Source of the DNA: Phoronis australis
Taxonomy: Eukaryota; Animalia; Phoronida
Direction: 5' to 3'
Length of the DNA: 64,000 bases
NCBI GenBank assembly: GCA_002633005.1
Contig: NMRA01000124.1
Span: forward strand, 235,493-299,492
In this document: positions 48,401-58,992 of the stretch, piece by piece
How the letters are laid out: each line of letters opens with the position of its first letter
How positions within the stretch are numbered: the stretch's first letter is position 1
The notes under the pieces: model-generated
Told to the model about the DNA's origin: nothing
The model's database searches: none
The model's input: only the letters and a program-made list of their open reading frames with translations
Made by a program: the position numbers and the translations under genes

Positions 48401-51400
48401 GCTTGATTTTTAGAGGAAAAACAAGAAAAATTTCTTGGGCGGGAGGGGTGTTTGCCCGATATCCCCTCATTCGATGCTACGCGCATCTACAATCGTGCTT
48501 TGAGTAAATGTTTACCCTCCCCCTTGTGATATCCTAGATCCGCCACTGCCGCTCCTTTTACCAGTTTAAATGATAGCCTCTATACTTTTGTGTCCATCAA
48601 ATTTTGATAAAACTACGAAGAACTTAGACGTATTTAGTAGTCTGGGCTACAGAATAATTAGAAACAGACCTTAGAGGGAATGTTATCTGTTTCAAAGGTG
48701 TTTTGGTCAATTCGGCATACTCAGCAGCATCAATAGCATTTTGAAACTTTTATGTAAAATGACATCTTTCAAGCACGAAGTGTTCGACTCGGATGCAAGT
48801 GAGCCGTACGTTCTCTCACGTGTCCGCTGTGTGGCGCTCAGACTTCCGCCGATTTTAATTTTATCCTGGCACATATATATACAGTTGAGCTATGATGCCA
48901 AAAACAGGTACTACATGTAATAAAACAGTTTATCTGACACTCATTATGCGTCTAGCTCACAGCGTCACGAATTCCAGTCCGATTTGAAGAACTGTTATTC
49001 TACAAAAAGGTGAAAATCTCCCTAAATCCTTTAAACAAGTTTTATTGACTGGGCCAAGGATTTTTTCAGCAAGCTGCAGTAGATTCTACCTGGTGTCACT
49101 CATCAATTTTCTCTTTTTGCAAAAGCAACGTATAATCACGAAAGACACGAGAGATACTGAAATGTGCTTAAATGCAGTAGGTTGCAAATCACTAGTCAAA
49201 AGGATACTTCAGCCATAGTAACGAACTTCGGTTGACGTTTCAAAAGCTCGTGTAGAATCCCTCCGTCACCACCGCCAAGTATGAGAATTTCTTTGTTGAA
49301 ATAGTCTTCGTTTCGTTTCAAACCCAGCAAAGTTTCCGTGTAAATCAAATCGCTTTCGGCAAGCACTTAAAAAAGAAAAGTCAATATAGATAATTTAAAA
49401 AGACCAGATACTGTTTTAGTCTATGAGCAGATATTAACGACGACTCGATAACTTTAAGCATTGAAACAAAATGACGTAACCCTTGTCAATCATGAGACAA
49501 GTTTCAATACGTTTTACAAATATTGCTTAATCGGCAAGTGTGACTTCTCACTCTTTGGGCGAGTTGATCCACGTCTGAGAAAAAATACGGACTAAATCGG
49601 ACCACAAGATCCCCTTTATGGCACAGTAAGACAGTTCAAACATAATGCTTTAATCGCTGGAGTCCCAGGTCCGGTCTACTAACTACACAGTTACAGCTAA
49701 AATAATTTGCTTTAGGATAAATCACAGCAGTATGTCATTTAAAAGGTCATGAATGGTGACTTCTATAACGTTTCTATTACAATATGGCGTATAAAGACCA
49801 CGCATTCGCTTATACAAACAGCTGTATCTGTATCCTGATTTAGACCCATCCGTTTATATGCAAAAACTTGAGTAAAAACGATGAGCAAATTTATAATTTC
49901 CAATTTCTATGTGAATGAAACTTATCAGAAGACGATGATCTTTAACCAAAAGAGCGATATCTACTACGTAAAATGTACCGTTAGAGCAATCATCCCATAG
50001 ATGGCTAAGATGCAAAGGAAACATGTGGGACCGCAGTAGTCGGATCCGTCTAAATGTCGTCGCCATCCGTTGTCAGTTAGACTTGCCAAATTTAACTGAC
50101 AACGGATGGCGACGACATTTAATAAAAATTTAATAAAATTCAGGGACATTTCAGACCAGGTTTGAACCTGTGCCCTGTGGGAGCACCTGATGATAAAAAG
50201 TGTGCCTTTTTCAAAAAAGTTGGCTAGCAGATTTAGGGTAATTAAAGTGGTAACATACGAAACAGAAACCCCAAGGGTAACCGAAATAAGAACAGTCGTG
50301 TTTTACCCGAATGGCTGTAATTTGACTAGAATCTTGCATTTTTGGAAGAGTATTGCGTTTTAAAAGATGTGCCCGGGGGGGGGGGGCAACCGTCTCGTTT
50401 CAATAGGAACACGCATATCAATTTTCATAATCATCCATAGAGTAGTTTAGGTGACAGAGAGACGCACGCCATAGGCGGACCCTAGGCGACACAGAATCAA
50501 TCGAATCCATAAATGTACGAAAACAAGAAGGCGACCTCGTCTCCGTAGTACATGCCAATTTGCCAAATTGACAATACGTCAAGGCACTACGAAGATCCAA
50601 TGGCAAACTAAAAAAAAAAATTGCCGCCAGGGGGCACACCGGTCGTCGGATCCGTCCAAAATTCACTAACTCGTGAAATCCTAGCCATGATAGGAACATG
50701 CCACATGCACACGCACCCACAAATATATATATGTGTGTGTGTATGTGTGTGTGTAAAAGCGCGCGCACGTGTGTGTGTAGGGGGAGGAGGGTTAATAAAA
50801 CGAAACAAAGGGTTCCACGCCACAACACTGTCAAAACAATGGTTTTCAAAGGTGGCGCTGCATGTGGCTTTAAATCAGCAAGCGACGGAGGCTGGGCGGA
50901 AAGGACGGACAGTTGGGGAATAAACTCACTGATTTCCTCGTCCAGCAGCAATGCATTTCCTAACGACCTTGAGTGAACTATCTTCACATCCTGGTATTTG
51001 GACGTTTGGTGAAACACCAGGTTGTCATAATCGGTCTGTAGCAGCCTGTTATCTCCAAGGACAGTATAATTCGAACAAGATGGTCCCCGGGATATTGGCA
51101 CCAGTAGACTGCAAGATAATGTCAATGTCAATAACACTGAGAGTCCACTGAGACCAGTATTAGGCCTGAATGTGTTTGAAAGAAGCAAATTTCCATTCAT
51201 AGAATTTACGACCCATTCAAATACATGCGGATAGGAAACTGAGCCCAGCAGGCTATCGACCCCACTACGGTTCAATAAAATTATATGAAATAGAATAATC
51301 ATATCGTTTTGAAGAGACTGGAAGTTTTACATATTGCATACTACCGTCACTGACGTCCCTGTTTAGAGTATACAAAGTTCGAGCGTACAAGAGTAAGGGC

Positions 51401-54400
51401 ATATCCTGTAGTAGACAGTTCCGCCGTCTCAACTGGTCGCAGTAGAGACGGTGTCCATCCCAAAGGCTCTCCATAGTTCGGAAGCCTTTCGGCGAATTAT
51501 GCCTCACACTTATTAAACGGAAGTATTTGTTTGAGTTGGAAGGAATTAAATACATCAACGGCCTCCCAAGGTGCACCTCTACGCGCAAAATGTTCTTATA
51601 GCAACATGATTTTGATGGTTTTATCAGCGTGAGGCATAATTCGCCGAAAACCTTCCAGCGTATGGAAGCCTACGGGATGGCCACCGTCTCTACTGTGGCC
51701 AGTTGAAACGGTGGTACTGTCTAATCCTGTAGCAGTAAGTTACCTAACCAGCCTGCTATCTGCATCAAGACTATAGTCAAAATGTATTATACAACTTTAC
51801 ACCAAGGCCATCAGTACAAGCTTTATTCGACGTGTCGTCCAGCAACAGTTTTCAAAGAAATTCGGAATTTACAGTTATTTACCAAACATACTTGGATTAC
51901 AAATTAGCCTCTGTTCTGCCCAAGTGACCTTCACAAGAATTCACAATCTCTAATTATAAAAATATGCCGTTAAAACGACAATTCATGTACAGATTCAAAG
52001 ACTGATCTAGTTTCCAAATATGGCGCACATACAAGTCAAAACTTAGCGTCAGTAACGATGAAATTGACCAAATTTGGTTGGTTCAGTTTTGACGTCGTGT
52101 GGAACGTGTTGATATTTCCTCATATACTGCCGACTTTTTTCATAGTCTCAGTAACCTTTTCTGTATTCCGTAGCACCCGGTGATATATTTTGGTTCATTT
52201 GGACCCCACTACTACCACAAGTAACGTTTCCCTCAGCAAAATTTAGCCAAAGCTGTGTTCCAAGGGATTTCTATTTGTACTGGTGTGCATAAATAATTAC
52301 CTATAAACAGATTAAATGTCTAACCATATATATATAGCTTACCCCTCTATTGAACTGTTAAAGGTTTTGGACACTTCCTTCTCCAGTTTGTTTCTCAGAC
52401 ATCGGAGAAACTGTTGAAAACAAGTAATACATACGTGCACTGCAAATATTAACTAGCAAGGTCGCACAAACTGATATTAATGTACCTCAGGGTAGTGATG
52501 TCAGTGGAATGACGTAACTGACATTTTGAGTGATGATGACAATTTGTGAAGATTTGCATTAATGAGAAAGAGCAGCCTACGGAGGGCGCATTAAGCAGCA
52601 GTGGTTTAAAAAAGGCCGCAGTATTTGATCAACCTAATGACACGGGATAGTCATTCAAGAAAGCGGACTCAAGAGTGTTGAACGGGAAGTACGCGGGAGA
52701 GCAGGGATATCAGAGGCCGTTTGGGTGAAATTCAGGAATCTTTGAAGAACCGGTCTCGGCATCTAGTTACTGTAGAACGCCGTTTTGCACACAGTACAAT
52801 TTGTGCATCTTTTTTCTTAACTCATACACGAGACAATCTGAAATGTTGAAATACATATATAAATCCCATCGTAACTTGGTAGAAAATCTGACCAAATTGA
52901 ATTTGGTTTAGAAATTTTCACAAGACTGACACACGTAAAGTCTGGGTTCCAGACTACATTATAGCCTATAATTTAACAGGTAAGAGAAGCTGTAAAACCA
53001 TTTGACGAGTTCGAATGAAAAACTGAACATTACTTCGACACGTGCACAATTTGATGAAACTCTTTGAAATTATACAACACCAATACTTCACCTTAAACAT
53101 TTGAAATCTGTCATCAGCGTTGCATGGATCGTAATCATTCTTGAATTGCTGGATGTCTAAAGTCACCAAGCCCGAGGCATACACGTGATATGTCAAGCAA
53201 CTACAAAAGAAAAACACGTGACTGTCAATTGCGTACATGCTAACTTCACGCAGGTGTTTCCTTCGTGAACCTAAGAATCCGCCTGTCGCACACCCAGCAT
53301 ACGTAAATAGTACCAGTGGTTTTCAAATATCTAGATAATATTATTTCAAGTACACCAAACCTCACGGTCAGAACAGGAACCGTCACACAGACGAGTTCAG
53401 TGAGGCAAGCATCTACAAACTGTTATATTGACAAAAATGAAGCAAGTCTCTCCAGTGCAATAGTCATAAAAGCATTGTTTAGTAAAAACAAGTAAGTTAA
53501 CAAAGATAATTTATCATATTTCGAATGTAGAACGAAATTCGTAAAGGAAAAGGGTATCACTAAAATAGTAATTTTTGTACATTTCACATTTGCATGTATG
53601 TGCTTTATTTCATTATAAAAATGTCCACGATTATAAAAACTGAAGTCTGATGGACATTTTGGGGAGCAACACAAGAAATTAAAAAATAACTTAAAATACA
53701 GTATACCTATTTGAAAAAAAATGTATAATATTTGTTGATGCGGTGCATCATTTTTTGTCATTGGTTATTGTGTTATGCTTACATATCACGCTGTTTATTT
53801 CTTTATAGGTAGCAGTACATCTTTCGCCGCTGTGATTGGGTTTCTTTTAGTAAGCCGGTTCTTTCCAGTGGTTACAATAGCATTTGCATAGTCTAACAGT
53901 AGCTTGACCGGCCGGCTATTATTACGTATTAGCCTCTGTATGTTACGAGGGTTTTGGTGACCAGCGTTTCTCGTGTATAGCGGCATTCGTTGACAAGATC
54001 TGTAACACGAGTCATGTGTTTTCCTCGGATGCTGGAACTTTAATATTAAGCACAGACTGTTGGCCAAACTGTTGTAAGTACTGAGTATTATGACATAGCA
54101 TGTTGTACTCGTGTGTATCTACTAGCTAAGTTCAGAGCGTGTATAGTTGTTGTTCAACGTATAGTTTCATTCAGCTGCTTTTTGTTTGGCGTATATGTTG
54201 CGCGGTACTGGGTTCTTAGAATAAATTGTTACGGGTCGCAGTTAGGCAGTTGTTTGTGCATGGTAATGGCTTCCAGTAGTAGAATAGATAGTACGGGTTC
54301 CAGTTAATTGTGTACTGTTAGCGAGGTACATGTAGTATTTGGCAGTCACAGAGTCATTGTCGCGAGTCTTTCTAACGCTCTTGGTATATATTGCTTGTTA

Positions 54401-54940
54401 ATTACGCTTGCTTGCCGAGTACTCAGACTGTGTGTTTTTCTTCATTACAGGTAACCGCTTTTTCGGTTTCTCCTTTTCAACGCTTGTTCGGACACTTTTC
54501 ACGGCTTGCAACTAAATAATAAAGTGTGTTATGCAAACGGCTTTTAACTTATCCCTGTAGCCAGACGCGGCTACAATATTGAAAGAGCTTAATTTGAGAA
54601 TTATTAGTTTTGACTAAACTGCTTTGCTAAGCTTTATGACTTTAACAAGGAAAATGTAGCGAAGAGTTTTTTTACGGAAACGTTGAGTCATCTATTTGAA
54701 CGCTCAGCACCGCCATCTGGCGAGTCGGAAGAACATTAAATGGTACTCATCTTGATTCAGCCTCTCGTTGTTTCACTGTCAAATATCACATAAACGAATG
54801 AATGTAGAATTGTTTTTCTCACCTTCCATTTTCACCTGTGAAAACAATTATCTTGTCTTTTCCTGCGTCGATGGATTGCTTGCTTACCAGGTTTTCTTCA
54901 AGACATACATTGCCGAAGGTTTTCAAGGCCTCTAACATGT
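42366..54940 (-). CDS. SMS: Spermine synthase-like aminopropyltransferase, 10 exons found; first exon not identified
   Basis: Exons 54940-54823, 53200-53092, 52410-52343, 51108-50930, 49365-49208, 46262-46173, 45918-45807, 45559-45474, 44203-44094, 42411-42366, all phase-consistent. Motifs [62 protein letters not shown]; N-terminal AdoMetDC-like segment [12 protein letters not shown]. Confidence 0.92.
42445..43075. repeat. 315-bp tandem duplication across N at 42760
   Basis: 42445-42759 vs 42761-43075 with two SNPs seen. Confidence 0.92.
43114..43365. mobile_element. Harbinger-like MITE
   Basis: TIRs GGGTCCATTTCATGAAAGTGACTTAAGA / TCTTGAGTCACTTTTCTTGAAATGGACCC. Confidence 0.7.
43560..43870. 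repeat. Degenerate (GAT/GAC)n low-complexity tract
   Basis: GATGAT/GATGAC-rich sequence with stops in all frames examined. Confidence 0.7.
44094..44203 (-). CDS. SMS: SMS exon
   Basis: [36 protein letters not shown](L)|gtatccttt. Confidence 0.88.
45474..45559 (-). CDS. SMS: SMS exon
   Basis: [28 protein letters not shown]. Confidence 0.92.
45807..45918 (-). CDS. SMS: SMS exon
   Basis: [37 protein letters not shown]. Confidence 0.94.
46173..46262 (-). CDS. SMS: SMS exon
   Basis: [30 protein letters not shown]. Confidence 0.94.
46263..49207 (-). other. U12-type (minor spliceosome) GT-AG intron in SMS
   Basis: 5' site GTATCCTTTT; branch-like GCTTTAAC 12 nt before the exon; weak pyrimidine tract. 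Confidence 0.85.
49208..49365 (-). CDS. SMS: SMS exon, dcSAM-binding glycine loop
   Basis: [52 protein letters not shown]|gtatccttt. Confidence 0.95.
50051..50121. other. Perfect 29-bp-stem hairpin
   Basis: TAAATGTCGTCGCCATCCGTTGTCAGTTA, 13-nt loop, then its exact reverse complement. Confidence 0.9.
50420..50780 (-). mobile_element. Helentron-associated (HINE/DINE-1-like) fragment with (GT)n tract
   Basis: Reverse complement of the core repeat GGACGGATCCGAC.ACCGGTGTGCCCCCT.G.GGCAA seen at ~56065. Confidence 0.65.
50930..51108 (-). CDS. SMS: SMS exon
   Basis: LLVPISRG...[41 protein letters not shown]. Confidence 0.92.
51412..51723. mobile_element. AcademH-like MITE
   Basis: TAG...CTA termini, ~100-bp imperfect TIRs, exact 9-bp TSD ATCCTGTAG (51403-51411 and 51724-51732). 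Confidence 0.8.
52343..52410 (-). CDS. SMS: SMS exon
   Basis: [22 protein letters not shown](G); phase fits both neighbours. Confidence 0.75.
53092..53200 (-). CDS. SMS: SMS exon
   Basis: [36 protein letters not shown]. Confidence 0.85.
53733..54575 (+). mobile_element. Solo LTR (BEL/Pao-like), 843 bp, in an SMS intron
   Basis: TGT...ACA termini, 5-bp TSD ATATT on both sides, AATAAA near the 3' end. Confidence 0.75.
54823..54940 (-). CDS. SMS: SMS exon (equivalent to exon 2)
   Basis: [38 protein letters not shown]|gtgag. Confidence 0.75.
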
Positions 54941-55870
54941 CTGAAAATAAAATGACTTTCACTGTTTAGACAAGAGGAACATGATCATAGGAGGGCGCAA
55001 CCATTTTTTATGTTACGTCTACTAAAAATGCTGATCCCAGATTACCTCATGCAGGGCTCGACATAAGCGAGTACACGCTCGAAAATGCGAGTAGAAAAAA
55101 GTAAAACACGAGCAGGAATTGGCCTCACTCGTATTATTCGAACAGGGGCGGAGTGGACGTTCGCATTTTTCTATTTGCTTTTCTTTTCTAGTCCTGGCAT
55201 CTGTCGCCAACCACACGTACGGCTGTGCACCCGGCGAACGTGTCCAGCGTTATCTGCGACCTTTTTGAGAAGTCACGCGTCCTTTTAATAACGGCTAAAG
55301 AGGGAGCCTGAAAACTGAGGTGTGAACACTTACCCCGAAGCCACAAAGTCGCCCTGGTAACCCATGACAGATGAAATGATTGAGGTACGCTACACAGACG
55401 GGAAGTTCGTAGGATTTCTCGTTACCGTACGGCTGGTAGTGCCGACACGAAACGTTAAATCGGCACTCTCTAACCGACAGATTTATTCGAGTACCTAAGT
55501 GCCATATTTGAAACAGGAGAACCGTTGAAAATACCCGACAAAATTCCAGGACTGACCTGGACCTGCCATACGAATGTTATTTAAGTAGTTGAAGATGCAA
55601 ACAACATAAATCTAAGTGCAAACTTCGTAAAGCTGTTCAAACTATTTGGAACTCGAAAGTTTGTAAAACTTTCCTATCAAAAAAAAAAATGCCACGAGGC
55701 CGAATACCATATTGGTGGTGCATTGCAAAGATCATTATACCTGTCCAGTAGGTTGGAATAGCCCGCCGCATTACATGAGATCTGTGGTGGCACTGAACTG
55801 TTAGACTGTGGCCGCGGTCAATTTGCAGTGTCAAAATATTAAAATCTAGGAGTAATCCAGGCTTGGTGGC

Positions 55871-56420
55871 ATTTTTATGCGCCCACATATTTATATGTGG
55901 ACGCATTATGCCGTCATCTCCGTCCGTCCGTACGTACGGGCGGCGTCCGTCCGGCGTCTGGCGTCCGGCGTCCGCTGCTCTATCTCCAAAACCCTTTGAC
56001 ATACGTTCATGAAATTTGGCACATATGTTCCATTCATGAATGGGACGGCATGTGCGAACTTTCGGACGGATCCGACTACCGGTGTGCCCCCTAGTGGCAA
56101 TTTTAGTTTTTTACGCTTACCTTTGTATCTTCAAAAGTCCTGAACGGATTTTCATGAAATTTGGTATGTAGGCACCTATTAGTGAGATGACGCTATCAGA
56201 TCCGTTTTCAGATGGATTCGACATAGTTTGCGCCACCTAGTGGCCATTTTTAGTGTTTTCGAGTCTGTTTTTGTGCGTCCACCCCTCTATCAACCAAACC
56301 GCTCAAAGGATGATTGTGAAAATTGGCATGTATATGCTTACTATGTAGAGGACGGTTGACGATGATTTTCCGAATGTTTCGACCACTGTGGCGCCTCCTA
56401 GTGGCAGTTTTGTTTTTTTT
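55871..56420 (+). mobile_element. Helentron-associated non-autonomous element (HINE/DINE-1-like)
   Basis: Starts in a T-run; stem ATGCGCCCACAT/ATGTGGACGCAT; (GTCC)n microsatellite; ~150-bp core repeats containing CCTAGTGGC. Confidence 0.75.
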
Positions 56421-56439
56421 TTGCGAATAAATGACTTAA

Positions 56440-57110
56440 AATCAGAATTTTCACTTAAGCAAGAATTGAAAACTGTCAAAACATTGTTTTCCCCCTGGAA
56501 GACAAACAAATTCAAGACCAAAATTTATCACGTCGGGACCAAGAATTTATGACATTAGAACCTCAGTAATTTATCACGCCAGAACCTAAAATTTATCATG
56601 TCAGGAGCGAAAATTTAAAACTTCAGGACCAAAATTTAACATGTCAAGACCGAAAATTTATACGCCAGAAAAGTTTACCAGGAGGACCATGTGACCATTC
56701 ACAAGCATAACCCCTCAAAGGCATGACGTCGGTACTAGGATACAATAGCAAAGCGTTCAACAATGTCTCGCCGACGATAGTCATTATCATGACATTAAGG
56801 TTGAATTTTTGTTGTCCTTTGCAAGCTTTATGACAGAAACCAAGGTATATTGGACTTGAACACGCCATTGATTTTTACTGAGACACAGTGCAAGGTCATT
56901 GTCGGATAGTGGATGGTCACGTGATCGCCTGACGAAAAATTTCCGTCCTGACGTGACAAATTTTGGTCCTGACGTAATAAATTTTGGTTTTGAGTTGTTT
57001 TTGTTTTGGTCCTGCACAGATTTTAATTCTTGAATAGAAAATGTGTATCTTGGAATTTTTTTCGCTTTGGCTTTCCATAGCAAACACAATGTTTTACTCG
57101 CTATCAAAGA
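56440..57110. repeat. Element with degenerate ~21-bp subrepeats in inverted arrays
   Basis: GGACCAAAATTTATCACGTC-like units at 56515-56665 and inverted at 56930-56990. Confidence 0.5.
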
Positions 57111-57733
57111 CAGCGTTTTGACATATATTGTCGCACTCAACACATTTTGTTGTTCAGGAGACATTCTGGCTTCGCGGTAAATCTAAAGTGGCGTAGTGTC
57201 ACTTTGCCTCAAATCGTAACGAGTGCAGATTTTTAAGAATTTTCCACCTACTAATTTCGTTATTAGGTACTGGTGTTTTCGTTTTAAAACCATAAGAAAT
57301 GTAGAAATTACTTGCAACTAGGCCCGGCCAGCCAATAACTGACGAGTTACAATCATAATTACCAGTGCTTTCACATTCTAAAATGCGGGCAATGCAAAGC
57401 CGGATGAAAACTAATAACAGTGACCCGAGGTCACATCATTGTTAGTGTAGAGCTCAAGCATATTGAGCATGAAAGCATACATATCACAATGACTGTGAAC
57501 TTATACCTTATGTTTGCGGCTAGCCGTTTAGACCAGTGACTATAATCGCCGCGTAACGTACGGAGCGGACGGAATCGCACATGTTAAAATGCCCCCTCAA
57601 AAAATCGAATCTGCAAAAAGACAAAAACATACTGCCGTGGCCCATAGGTACTCCAGATTGACCTACAAAGGTGAGACCCTATGGGTCAATTGATCCAGAG
57701 CTAAGTTTTTGTAATTTGTAAAATGATCCCCTG

Positions 57734-58130
57734 GGCCCCGTCTCTAATCTTTGTACTCGAAACTAACTCTAAACTATTTTTGGCAATTTCTCTGCTCCTT
57801 TTGTGCGAAATTAAGATAATTGGTTATCAGACTGTGCTCGAATACATTATAGTTTATGAATAGGAGTTTCTAGTTCAAGTTTGTCCTTGAAGACCCTATT
57901 CGTGCTACAAACTCGAGTAAAAACTCGAAATTTCGAGTTCAAACTCAACTTATTGCTTTAATGTTGGGTTTACAAACTGTGAACTAAGGGCAATAAATTA
58001 TCTACGTAAGTTATTGTGTACTCGAGCATAGAATAATAGACACTTATCTTGAGTTCGCCCAAAAGTAGAGTAGAAAATGCCAAACCTAATTTCGAGTTCC
58101 ATTTCGAGTAAAAAGATTGGAGACCGGGCC
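57734..58130. mobile_element. Complete Harbinger/PIF-like MITE, 397 bp, CTG TSD
   Basis: TIRs GGCCCCGTCTCTAATCTTTGTACTCGAAA / TTTCGAGTAAAAAGATTGGAGACCGGGCC flanked by CTG. Confidence 0.8.
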
Positions 58131-58200
58131 CTGGTCATGCTACGGTCAAGTGATGGATAATAACTGATCGAATCATTAATAACGACAAAAACATCATCAC

Positions 58201-58317
58201 CAGGGTAAGAGTTCAACGCTGGGAACGCGCTGGAAAAGCAAGACTTCTAGAGATTACGCAAGATGCTTGGCTAGCTTTTTCTAGCCACGAGACAGCTACT
58301 GAACACTGAACTCTCCT
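58201..58317. mobile_element. Small MITE; inverted relative at ~60657-60802
   Basis: Shared GAGTTCAA...GAGATTACGC...GCTAG.TTTTTCTAGC..CGAGACAG...TGAAC. Confidence 0.55.
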
Positions 58318-58744
58318 TGAGTCTGCTTGTCATATTGCTTGTGAAAAACCTGAACGGAATGAGCACCACACGCTGGGTTTATTTGCCTAGTAAGTTTATA
58401 TTTCCGAGTAGGTCGTGACATTTTGTCACCTACTGCTGTTACCGTGTGTCATTTTATCTCTTTCCGAAGACGAGAGATGTCCGGTCTCAAAATATGGCCG
58501 TCATTTTAATTTATTTTTGTTACGTCTTTTGGCAATCTTCTCTGTTGTTCTTGACAAACGTATGGAAACCGTGAACCGACAGCACACTGCAGCTGGTTTG
58601 TGTCAAGTTCTGAAGCTGTCAGTAAAACAAAACACATCAACACCGGGTTTCAAGAAAGCAAATTATGTAGGAGATATATTAACTGTTTGCGATTGCACGT
58701 CGATAGTAGGCCTAACTTGAGCTCCTCAACACGCGTACGTACAG

Positions 58745-58992
58745 GTAGGCCCTACACTGGTTTGCAGCGAGTGATAAGTGTTCCTGCGGCTGAGGTATTA
58801 CAGTGGGCACATCGGTATCACGGAAACAAACCATACAAGTGCCTAAAGTGTAACCTCCTAGCAAACTATTCAACATTTTGTTGACGACCCATGGGAAAAT
58901 CGCAGACGGTATTACTGAACATAATGGCGAAGTTTATACATGTGAGAAAAGCAAGAAACAGTTTAAGAGGAGATCATCACTAAATACCATCG
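58745..58992 (+). pseudogene. Decayed C2H2 zinc-finger fragments
   Basis: HRYHGNKPYKCLKC and HNGEVYTCEKSKKQFKRRSSLNT, interrupted by stops and frameshifts. Confidence 0.55.

Noticed and set aside
50418-51302. 294-aa ORF as a single gene
   Set aside because: Only 50930-51108 is an SMS exon; the rest is intron read-through and repeat sequence
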